64,000 bases of DNA from Hungateiclostridiaceae bacterium UBA1305 (lineage in GTDB: Bacteria; Bacillota; Clostridia; Acetivibrionales; DTU013): positions 8,432-72,431 of the forward strand of contig DBTX01000021.1 of NCBI GenBank assembly GCA_002307275.1. The letters are read 5' to 3'. Under the pieces are notes generated by a model. The model was not told the origin of the DNA. It worked only from the letters and a program-made list of their open reading frames with translations, and did no database searches. Below, piece after piece: positions 17,004 to 24,787 of the stretch (positions are counted from its first letter, which is position 1; every line of letters begins with the position of its first letter). Made by a program: the position numbers and the translations under genes.

Positions 17004-17893
17004 CGTGTTCTACCTCCTTGTGCCTCTTTTGTGGCTGCTTGACTATCTGTGGTTATATTCTGCAAATTTCCGTCCCCCACGTCCTGCCTGACACCTGTAG
17101 ATGCGGATGTGGATACAGATGGAGATGCTGCAGGTTCCGATTTAGCAGACTCAACTGAAGATATTGATGCTGCAGGTATTGATTTAGCTGGCCCGGTTGC
17201 AGCCTGTGTCCCAGGTGTCGTAATCTTAACCGGTACATAGGTGACCTCGGAAGCCGGCTGTTTCTCATCAAGGTACAGCAGCGATTCTATATGCCCAAAA
17301 CCAGCAGACTGTTCTGCTATTGCGTGGTTGATAAGAGCCCTCTCGGCTGTTGATACCTGTACAATTGCTTTATTATCCGTTAATTTGATGACTTGTTTTT
17401 TAGCCAGAACAATGAAGGTATCCCCATTGGATCTGACCATTTCAACATCGATCCAGTCACCGGCCTTTACCGTGTCTGCTACAAGATAGCCTTGCAATGC
17501 ATAATCCTTCAGTCTGTCATCCGGGTTAACCGAGCTTTGCGAAGACAGTATTCTCGAATCCGTCAGTACCTCTTTCATATCAATGACAGCAGCTGCTCTC
17601 TGGCCTGTTATCATCCCGATGTCTATCATAGAATTGGTTGGTACTTCTTCCTGATTTCTCTCTTCCAGTTGAAAGAATTCAGGCTTCAGTTCGTCCCCCT
17701 TTTCGATTCTTTGTACAGACACCAGAACCTTGGTCTTTTTCAGATCATCAGCTGTTTGTATAGGAAGACTCACACTTTGGATCTTTCCTGCATCCACAAG
17801 CTTGTTATAGAGAAAGTATCCCCCTGCAAGGAGAATAACTGCCGCCATAAAACCGGATAAAAATATGAAAAATTGCTGTTTTCCTCTGCTCAT
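17000..17893 (-). CDS. CpaB/RcpC-like SAF-domain pilus assembly protein
   Basis: 297-aa ORF with an N-terminal TM helix (FFIFLSGFMAAVILLAGGYFL) followed by KVLVSVQRIEKGDELKPEFFQLEE...ITGQRAAAVIDMKEVLTDSRI, which is SAF/CpaB-like. The C-terminal tail is low-complexity and A/S/T/P-rich. Confidence 0.72.
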   Translation of the reverse strand: MSRGKQQFFIFLSGFMAAVILLAGGYFLYNKLVDAGKIQSVSLPIQTADDLKKTKVLVSVQRIEKGDELKPEFFQLEERNQEEVPTNSMIDIGMITGQRAAAVIDMKEVLTDSRILSSQSSVNPDDRLKDYALQGYLVADTVKAGDWIDVEMVRSNGDTFIVLAKKQVIKLTDNKAIVQVSTAERALINHAIAEQSAGFGHIESLLYLDEKQPASEVTYVPVKITTPGTQAATGPAKSIPAASISSVESAKSEPAASPSVSTSASTGVRQDVGDGNLQNITTDSQAATKEAQGGRTR

Positions 17894-19107
17894 ACTGTTT
17901 TGATCCCTCCGTCCGCATCACTGACTTTATGCGGATATAATCTTCTATAGCGAAAAGTATCACGCTCGCCGTCATATCCCACCACATCAAGCACTTCCAC
18001 GACTTTGAAGTCCCTGAGGTAAATAACAGCATTGATACCTCTGCCCAACATTTCTTTGATTGTTTTCTCACTTTCTGCAATATTGGCGCTCCTGCTCAGA
18101 GTAAAAATCCTGGTTAACGCTGTTTCGGCACTTTCAGAATGTATCGTGGCAGACCCTCTGCGCCCTGAAAATATTGCTTTGACAAATTCCAATGCTTCAT
18201 CTCCTGAAATATCGCCGACACAATACATATCCATCGGCATAACCAGAGCTTCCCTGAGCATACCCTTCAGAGTGACAGACCTGCCGTCCCCGTTTTGTTT
18301 TATGATCCGCTGCTCCATGCAGAAGGGCTTATCCGGATAAATCTCGGCTTCCGGCTCTACAATAAGCACCCGCTCCATCTCAGGAAGGCTGTTGATAAAC
18401 GCGCGCAGTAAAGTTGTTTTGCCAGCCGCTCCCTTTCCACAGAAAAGTACTGACGCTTCTCCATCTGCGAGATCTTTGAGCATATCCATCAATTCCTCGT
18501 CCAGCATGCCAAGCGCTTTTAAATCCTCCAGCTTGTAGCTTTCCCTGCGATGCTTCCGGATGCTGACCGCAGGCCCCGCAATATTTCCGGGATTGATGGA
18601 AATACTGATCCTTAATCTTAGTTTTTCATCAGCTACTCTATAGCAGTATTCATCTTGATTTAAAACACCGCCGTTTCTCACAATAATCAGCCTGCAATAA
18701 GTATCAAACATTTTTATGCTGCTAAAGTTGACAGGTGTTTTGCTACGGACACCGTGACGTTTGATCGAAAACTGGTTAAACCTCGACCCGTCGATATCCG
18801 TGATATCTTCATCCTCAATATATCTCTGAAGCTCTCCATAGCCGGACATGAAACCAATCACTCTGAGGACCAGTTCATCCCTGAAAATTCCATAATTGTA
18901 CTTGTGAATTTCAATATCCTTGATGATCGCTGATTCAAGCAGCCTTTTACCCGACCGGCTGCCATCAGCCTCCGTCACAAGCTCCGGTGAATCTTTCAGG
19001 ATATTATTTGTAATACCGCACACAACGGAATCGATATCCTCGAAGTCTTTTATCCCATTTGTTGAAGCTTCATGAACCAGCTTCTGATACGACTTTACAA
19101 CAGGCAT
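17890..19107 (-). CDS. CpaF/TadA/VirB11-type secretion ATPase (short paralogue)
   Basis: 405-aa ORF with Walker A GKGAAGKTT and His box GSATIHSES. The Walker-B-proximal segment reads VGDISGDEA. RBS is GGGGGA. Confidence 0.85.
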   Translation of the reverse strand: MPVVKSYQKLVHEASTNGIKDFEDIDSVVCGITNNILKDSPELVTEADGSRSGKRLLESAIIKDIEIHKYNYGIFRDELVLRVIGFMSGYGELQRYIEDEDITDIDGSRFNQFSIKRHGVRSKTPVNFSSIKMFDTYCRLIIVRNGGVLNQDEYCYRVADEKLRLRISISINPGNIAGPAVSIRKHRRESYKLEDLKALGMLDEELMDMLKDLADGEASVLFCGKGAAGKTTLLRAFINSLPEMERVLIVEPEAEIYPDKPFCMEQRIIKQNGDGRSVTLKGMLREALVMPMDMYCVGDISGDEALEFVKAIFSGRRGSATIHSESAETALTRIFTLSRSANIAESEKTIKEMLGRGINAVIYLRDFKVVEVLDVVGYDGERDTFRYRRLYPHKVSDADGGIKTV

Positions 19108-19138
19108 GCCTTATTCCCCCAAAATTTTTTCATAATTC

Positions 19139-20881
19139 CTATTTCCCCGGAATTGCGCCCGATGACTGAAACACATTACCAAAGATGGCCGACCGGAATT
19201 TTTGCAGCAGCTTCAAATCAGATATCAACCCCATCCTTACTAAAAGCCGGATATACGCCTGCTCAATGTCCTTTTCCATGCGCACGGCATAAGCGCCGTT
19301 CAGATTTCTATGCAGCAAACGCCTCCTGCTATATGGAATTTCCCCGAGAAAATTTCCATGAACCGCTTCTCTGGCTTCATCCGGAGTTATACTGCTGGTT
19401 TTGTCATATTCGAAAAGAACAAATTGAGTACGGTGAACACAAAGGTGCTGCTTCTCCTTCAAGAATTCAATATAAGTGTTGAATTCCCGCAGCTGATCCA
19501 CATCTCCCCGAAGTGCCGCAATATTCATATCTGATCCGAGGAGTGCCGCCAGCGTAAACGCATCGTATATGGATCTGTTAACAAGAAATATTGTAATATC
19601 AAACCTTCGATAACACTTCTCAATCAATTTTGGAACAATATCTTCATTAAAATATTCATAATTCTCCAACCGGTAATTGCCTGTCAGCACATGCAGGTTT
19701 TTCAGATCCTTTCTTTGTACGGCTGACTGCTGCAACACCTCATCATCCAATGAGCCCTTTTCCAGTGCGTCCATGACAAAATCCAATCCTGAACGTCCAT
19801 ATACTCCTCCCTGTGATAATTTCACAGGAAACTTCTTCAGGTTAAGAAACAAATCCGCTTTCGGTGCCAGCAAATCCAAATCTGCCAGAAGCACCTCGCT
19901 TTTTGTATGTTTCGCTGCCATATATGCCAGCTCACAGCCGAATTCTGCATTATCCCATACGGTAATCACAAGCTTTCTGAAAATGGCATGCTGCTTTGCT
20001 CCAAAACCTGTACTTACAGCATTTTCTTCAGGTTCACCCTGCACAGTCCGGTTGGCTGTATGAGAATTTTCCGGATTGTTACCGCTGTGCAATTTACCGT
20101 GCAGAGGGCACAAAGCCTCAAGCTCCTTTTGCAGAAGCGCCGCACTCTGATAGCGTTCAGATGCGTTTTCGCGGGTACATTTACATATGATTGCTTCCAT
20201 TTCCGGCGAAAGCTCCTCAACAAATTGCCGGACAGGTTTTATTCCATATGGTGAATCCGCCGGATTCTTCCCTGTCAGCAAATGATGCAATGTTACTCCC
20301 AGACTGTAAATGTCGGAGGCTGCACTGGTCTGCCCCCTGCCATATTGTTCCGGAGCCGCAAACCCCCGTGTACCTATATAAACCGTATCCCCTCCGGACC
20401 GTGCTTTATATTCGCGCGCTATCCCGAAATCAATTAGTTTAAGTGTTCCATTGTCCGTCAATATGATATTTGAAGGTTTCATATCCCTGTAGATGATCGG
20501 ATGCGGTTCGAGGGTATGGAGGTAATCGAGCGCCCTGCATAATTGTACAGCCCATTGTGTTACTGTTTCCTCCGCTATTCGGCCTTCTGCTTCAAGTTTT
20601 TTGTCAAGAGATATTCCATCTATATAATCTGAAACCATGTACAGTTTCCCATCCTGCACAAGTATATCGAATAATCTTGGCAGTGCGGGATGTTCCAGCC
20701 GTTTTAAAAGCTTTGGTTCGGCCAGCAGATCGACATCGGTACCATCCCTCCGGATGATTTCCTTAATCGCCCAGAAGGTATCGGTATTGATATTCTGAGC
20801 CAGATAAACCGTACCCATGCCACCCTGACCCAGTATCTTCAATATTCTATAGCGCCCGTCAAAAATGTCGCCCGCCTGCAT
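19139..20881 (-). CDS. Hanks-type Ser/Thr protein kinase fused to a P-loop-less ParA/TadZ-like domain
   Basis: 580-aa ORF. The kinase signatures GQGGMGTVYLA, AIKEI, HPIIYRDMKPSNIIL, DFGIARE and GFAAPEQ are present. The C-terminal half (LVITVWDNAEFGCELAYMAAK...ITIFLVNRSIYD) resembles ORF 16119..17003. Confidence 0.85.
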   Translation of the reverse strand: MQAGDIFDGRYRILKILGQGGMGTVYLAQNINTDTFWAIKEIIRRDGTDVDLLAEPKLLKRLEHPALPRLFDILVQDGKLYMVSDYIDGISLDKKLEAEGRIAEETVTQWAVQLCRALDYLHTLEPHPIIYRDMKPSNIILTDNGTLKLIDFGIAREYKARSGGDTVYIGTRGFAAPEQYGRGQTSAASDIYSLGVTLHHLLTGKNPADSPYGIKPVRQFVEELSPEMEAIICKCTRENASERYQSAALLQKELEALCPLHGKLHSGNNPENSHTANRTVQGEPEENAVSTGFGAKQHAIFRKLVITVWDNAEFGCELAYMAAKHTKSEVLLADLDLLAPKADLFLNLKKFPVKLSQGGVYGRSGLDFVMDALEKGSLDDEVLQQSAVQRKDLKNLHVLTGNYRLENYEYFNEDIVPKLIEKCYRRFDITIFLVNRSIYDAFTLAALLGSDMNIAALRGDVDQLREFNTYIEFLKEKQHLCVHRTQFVLFEYDKTSSITPDEAREAVHGNFLGEIPYSRRRLLHRNLNGAYAVRMEKDIEQAYIRLLVRMGLISDLKLLQKFRSAIFGNVFQSSGAIPGK

Positions 20882-21148
20882 CCAAATCCCTCACAAATCA
20901 TGGAATATTGTCATATTTTCGGCTTTTGTAGCTGTATAACAATAATGGGTATTTCTATTGTCCTTTAACGCGTCCTATATTATCACAGTCTTACAAAATT
21001 TACCATTATATTTTGCAGTTTTTTATTTATTATGCAGGTAATAGATAGGCAAGAGGCTTATCAGCACTGTAAGAGTGAATTTTCTACTGCAGAAAATAAA
21101 AGAATAAGACGGGAAATAATGCAGAAAGATGATTCATTTTAAACTGAT

Positions 21149-21422
21149 GGGTCACTTCTGATTGAGGTCCGGTGTATATTGGATTGCTCCTGATTGAGGT
21201 CCGGTGTATTGGATTACTCCTGATTAATATCCGGTGTATTGGATTACTCCTGATTAATATCCGGTGTATTGGATTACTCTTGATTAATATCCGGTGTATT
21301 GGATTACTCCTGATTAATATCCGGTGTATTGGATTACTCTTGATTGATGCCCGGTGTATTGGGTCACTCCTGATTGATACCCGGTGTATTGGGTCACTCC
21401 TGATTGAAGTCCGGTATATATT
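21149..21422. repeat. Nine phased units of about 30 bp: eight echoes plus the genuine 3' end of the PflX-like gene
   Basis: Units start at 21149, 21181, 21211, 21241, 21271, 21301, 21331, 21361 and 21391. Three central units are identical (ggattactcctgattaatatccggtgtatt). The last unit contains the gene's stop, TGA being the complement of 21394-21396. Confidence 0.95.
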
Positions 21423-22497
21423 GCTCGGAAGCAGATTCCCTGTCCTGTACAAAGCCATTAAGACCAAGCTTTGCGAATTTATAGGTCACCTTTTCATACT
21501 CGTACCTGGTAAGTCCCCTGCCAAGGACAGGATGCCCACAGGCCTTGTAGCAGGGAGTATACTGGCTCATGAGGCTTACATTTATATCTTTGGGAAGGTT
21601 TTCAGATATCCATTCAAGGACGCGCAGCGTTTCTGCCGTATGACCCGGCAGAACAAGATGCCTGATGATCATGCCGCGCGTCATTAGCCCGCTTTCGTCA
21701 AATTCGGACATGCCGACCTGCCTGTGCATTTCGAGTATCGCTTTGGAAGCTTTGTCAAAATAGTCTTTTGCTCCTGAATACTCCTTTGACACTTCCGGGC
21801 TGATGTATTTGAGATCCGGCAGGTAAATGTCGATGGATCCATCCAGCATTTTTAATGAATTCAGGCTATCATAACCATTTGTGTTATAAACGACGGGGAT
21901 ATCGAGAGGCCTGGGTTGAGTAACGAAATTTGGGACAGGAGCAGCAGGACAGTTGGATTGTCCGCCTCTTTGGACAGAAACAGGAGGGACGAAGGTAGCG
22001 GGAAAGGGAGGGACAGAGGGACAGGTCCTCTGTACCGGAACAAAAGCAAGTGGAACAGAGGACTTGTCCCTCCATCCCTCATACTCGGGCCTTTCCCTCC
22101 GTCCCTCATGTCCCTCCGTCTCCCATGCCGCTCTCGCCAGATCCAGCGCTTCCTTGATGGCAGGCACAAAATGGGAGGGTGTTACAAGGTTTATATTATG
22201 CGCGCCTTTATCCTGCAAAGACAGGAATATTCCTGCAAGCTCCATTATGGACATTTCTTTGCCGATGCCGCCGTGACTGATTTCATGATTCTGACAGAAG
22301 ATGCACTTTAAATTGCAGCCGGAAAAGAACACTGTGCCCGAACCGCGTGTTCCGCTGATACAAGGTTCCTCCCACATGTGCAGAGAAGCTCTTGCAACCA
22401 CTGGCTTTTCTCCCATACCGCAGAACCCTTTGCTCTTTTCCCTGTCGATATCACATTCTCTGGGACAAATATTGCATTTCATACCGATATTCCTCAA
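21394..22497 (-). CDS. PflX-like radical-SAM protein (pyruvate formate-lyase activase homologue, COG1313-type)
   Basis: 367-aa ORF. CNICPRECDIDR...FCG, ASLHMWEEPCISG and FFSGCNLKCIFCQN (CxxxCxxC) are typical of the family. An atypical insert of about 73 aa lies at residues 125-197. Confidence 0.85.
   Translation of the reverse strand: MRNIGMKCNICPRECDIDREKSKGFCGMGEKPVVARASLHMWEEPCISGTRGSGTVFFSGCNLKCIFCQNHEISHGGIGKEMSIMELAGIFLSLQDKGAHNINLVTPSHFVPAIKEALDLARAAWETEGHEGRRERPEYEGWRDKSSVPLAFVPVQRTCPSVPPFPATFVPPVSVQRGGQSNCPAAPVPNFVTQPRPLDIPVVYNTNGYDSLNSLKMLDGSIDIYLPDLKYISPEVSKEYSGAKDYFDKASKAILEMHRQVGMSEFDESGLMTRGMIIRHLVLPGHTAETLRVLEWISENLPKDINVSLMSQYTPCYKACGHPVLGRGLTRYEYEKVTYKFAKLGLNGFVQDRESASEQYIPDFNQE
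21907..22125. repeat. G+C-rich imperfect palindrome inserted in frame in the PflX-like gene
   Basis: On the coding strand, GAGGGA-type motifs repeat in one arm and TCCCTC-type motifs in the other. For example, GGGAGGGACAGAGGGACAGGTCCTCTGT faces ACAGAGGACTTGTCCCTCCATCCCTC. Besides the gene frame, four other track ORFs cross parts of it. Confidence 0.75.
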
Positions 22498-22608
22498 TTT
22501 TCCGCTTTTATTGCTTTACAACACCTATAAATAAAAATATAATAAGGTTAATTATCATACATGTCAATATAACAGGTGAGTTATACTAAGGGCGTGGAGG
22601 ATTGGAAT

Positions 22609-23559
22609 ATGAGAATAAGCGGCGTTACATATGCAGTCAGGAGAACCCATACAGCACGTAATATTATATTAACCATCATTGTTCTGTTGCTTCTCTCAAT
22701 TTTAGCAGTCATCATACTGTCGGGATACATGAGCTGGACACTGCTGCACCCTGAAAAAAAGCCAATAGATACGTTTTCATCAAATATTGTTCCTGAATAC
22801 AGAAATATCAGCTTCAAAAGCACCGATACGTCCATCATCCTAAAGGGCTGGCTTTTCCAGGCAAAGAACAGCGACAAGGCAGTAATCCTTGTACATTCAT
22901 ATGGCAATAACAGACTGCAGTTCGGCATTAAAACAGTTGATATGATAAAGTCATTTCTGAATAAAGGATACAGCGTATTCACCTTCGACCTGAGGAACTC
23001 AGGAGAATCCGGCGGGAAGGACACTACCTTCGGCTTAAATGAAAAAGAAGATGTAATAGCCGCGATAAAATATGTGAAATCCCAGGGATCCAGCCACATC
23101 ACTCTGCTGGGATTTTCGATCGGTGCTTCGGCCAGTTTGCTTGCCGCAGAAAATGATTCAGTGGATGCTGTCATCGCTGACAGCCCTTATGCCGATCTTA
23201 AGACCTATCTGTCTCACGGCCTGAATAACTGGACACATTTGCCTTCAATTGGTTTCAACTACACAGTTGAGAAGTCACTGGAACTTGCAGGCGACCTTGA
23301 TATGAAAAACGCAAGCCCTGTCAATACGCTGACTGCGGAAAACCCGCCGTATCTGATGCTGATACATGGCCGCGGAGATAAATTGATACCGATCGAAAAC
23401 AGTATTGAGTTAAATCAGAAATATTCGGCCCTGAACTCCAAAGGTTCTGAATTCTGGACGACTGACGATGACGGTGATGCTGCAAGCTATATAAAAGATC
23501 CGGATGAGTATATGAGCAGGGTCTTCTCTTTCCTTGAAAGGGTGTACCCTCAGGAATGA
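22609..23559 (+). CDS. Membrane-anchored alpha/beta hydrolase
   Basis: The ATG at 22609 follows GGAGGA. An N-terminal TM helix (IILTIIVLLLLSILAVIIL) is present, with nucleophile-elbow motif GFSIGAS and the downstream pattern ...IHGRGDKLIP. Confidence 0.8.
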   Translation: MRISGVTYAVRRTHTARNIILTIIVLLLLSILAVIILSGYMSWTLLHPEKKPIDTFSSNIVPEYRNISFKSTDTSIILKGWLFQAKNSDKAVILVHSYGNNRLQFGIKTVDMIKSFLNKGYSVFTFDLRNSGESGGKDTTFGLNEKEDVIAAIKYVKSQGSSHITLLGFSIGASASLLAAENDSVDAVIADSPYADLKTYLSHGLNNWTHLPSIGFNYTVEKSLELAGDLDMKNASPVNTLTAENPPYLMLIHGRGDKLIPIENSIELNQKYSALNSKGSEFWTTDDDGDAASYIKDPDEYMSRVFSFLERVYPQE

Positions 23560-23812
23560 TTCCATATAGGATGCACTTCTGCAATATCCGTAACTCTATC
23601 TGTTTTACTTTTCCATTGCAAAGTGTAAATAAATAGTGCTAATTTATTATATCTCCGTAACTCATTTTACGATATAATTCAATTGGAATATTATTGTACT
23701 ATTAAGTTTCTTTTGTTACTATATTTCGAGTATTATATGTTATCATTGGATTTTTGGAGATATTACACAGTTTATATGGTAGTAGCAGTTTATAGAAGGA
23801 AGGTTGATTTTG

Positions 23813-24703
23813 ATGTCACGTGGCTATAGTATAAACAATTTATACGGTGTGAATGGCATCTATGGCATAAACAACATATATGGCGTTAACAGTTACAATA
23901 ATTACATCAGCAGTTTGACCAGTAACAAAACTACTTCAACCTCCAGTCAATCCAATACATCCTTGTTGAATTCCCTTTATTCAAAATACTTAAACAATAC
24001 TGCATCTGCATTGAGCAGCAAGACCGTTACATCAACCGACAGTGATACGGTAACCGCAACAGCCCAGCAGAATGCAACCATAGGATCATACTCCGTCAAA
24101 GTTTCAAATCTTGCGACCGCCCAGACAAATACAGGTACGTCCCTATCCGCCAATAATCCCTCAGTGATTGGAACCGGTCTGGACATCCTGAGGATAAACA
24201 GCGGAACAGCCAGCAGAAATATCTCGCTTGTGATCAACGATACGGACACAAACAAAACTGCCCTTACCAAGCTCGCTTCCGCCATAAACAAATCAGGTCT
24301 GGGTATAACCGCAAGCGTTACAACCGATTCAGCCAATAAAGCCTCACTGACACTGGAATCTGCTAAGACCGGTACAAGGAACGCCTTTTCAATTTCCGAC
24401 CTGCAAGGTAATGCTGTATCCGCAACAGGCATCGGAACGGCGGATACCAAGGCACAGAACGCGACCTATTCCGTAAATGGTCATCAATATACTTCATCAG
24501 GTAATACTGTAAGCCTGGATAGCGGCAAAGTACAGGCAACGTTGAAGGAAGTCGGCGATACGGCAGTGAAACTGAGCGTCACCCCGGATACTTCAACAAG
24601 TTCAACCAATACGTATTATTCCTATATCAACAATCTGTTGTCTGCCGGAAACTACTACAATTCAAGCCTTAACAGCGGAAGCCTGCTGGATATGTTCCTG
24701 TAA
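23813..24703 (+). CDS. Orphan FliD-like (filament-cap central-domain-like) protein
   Basis: The ATG at 23813 follows GAAGGAAGG. GSYSVKVSNLATAQTN and NATYSVNGHQYTSSGNTVS resemble the conserved FliD head-domain strands. The protein lacks the long terminal coiled-coil regions of the 643-aa FliD nearby. Confidence 0.55.
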   Translation: MSRGYSINNLYGVNGIYGINNIYGVNSYNNYISSLTSNKTTSTSSQSNTSLLNSLYSKYLNNTASALSSKTVTSTDSDTVTATAQQNATIGSYSVKVSNLATAQTNTGTSLSANNPSVIGTGLDILRINSGTASRNISLVINDTDTNKTALTKLASAINKSGLGITASVTTDSANKASLTLESAKTGTRNAFSISDLQGNAVSATGIGTADTKAQNATYSVNGHQYTSSGNTVSLDSGKVQATLKEVGDTAVKLSVTPDTSTSSTNTYYSYINNLLSAGNYYNSSLNSGSLLDMFL

Positions 24704-24718
24704 GATCATCAACAAATC

Positions 24719-24745
24719 AGGCTGCCATACAGGCAGCCTTTTTAT
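24719..24745 (+). terminator. Rho-independent terminator (A-tract and T-tract flanked, possibly bidirectional)
   Basis: aggctgcc (24719-24726) pairs with ggcagcct (24732-24739), followed by TTTTAT. It sits between the convergent FliD-like and FliT-like genes. Confidence 0.8.
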
Positions 24746-24787
24746 ATATTAAGATTCTTACTTATTTCCTTATCGGAATTTATTTTC

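Noticed and set aside
20882-21083. Search for a riboswitch (for example c-di-GMP) or a clear promoter upstream of the Tad-like operon
   Set aside because: No conserved riboswitch blocks were recognised. Several weak -10/-35 candidates exist but none is convincing.
21149-21422. Possible CRISPR array
   Set aside because: The units are contiguous with no spacers. No cas genes are present, and the unit is homologous to the adjacent gene's 3' end.
21084-21687. ORFs translating the 30-bp array as decapeptide repeats (NPIHRILIRS... and CIGLLLINIR...)
   Set aside because: They exist only because the 30-bp unit is stop-free in those frames. They run into or out of the PflX-like CDS and have no RBS. 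A real repeat protein cannot be fully excluded but is unlikely.
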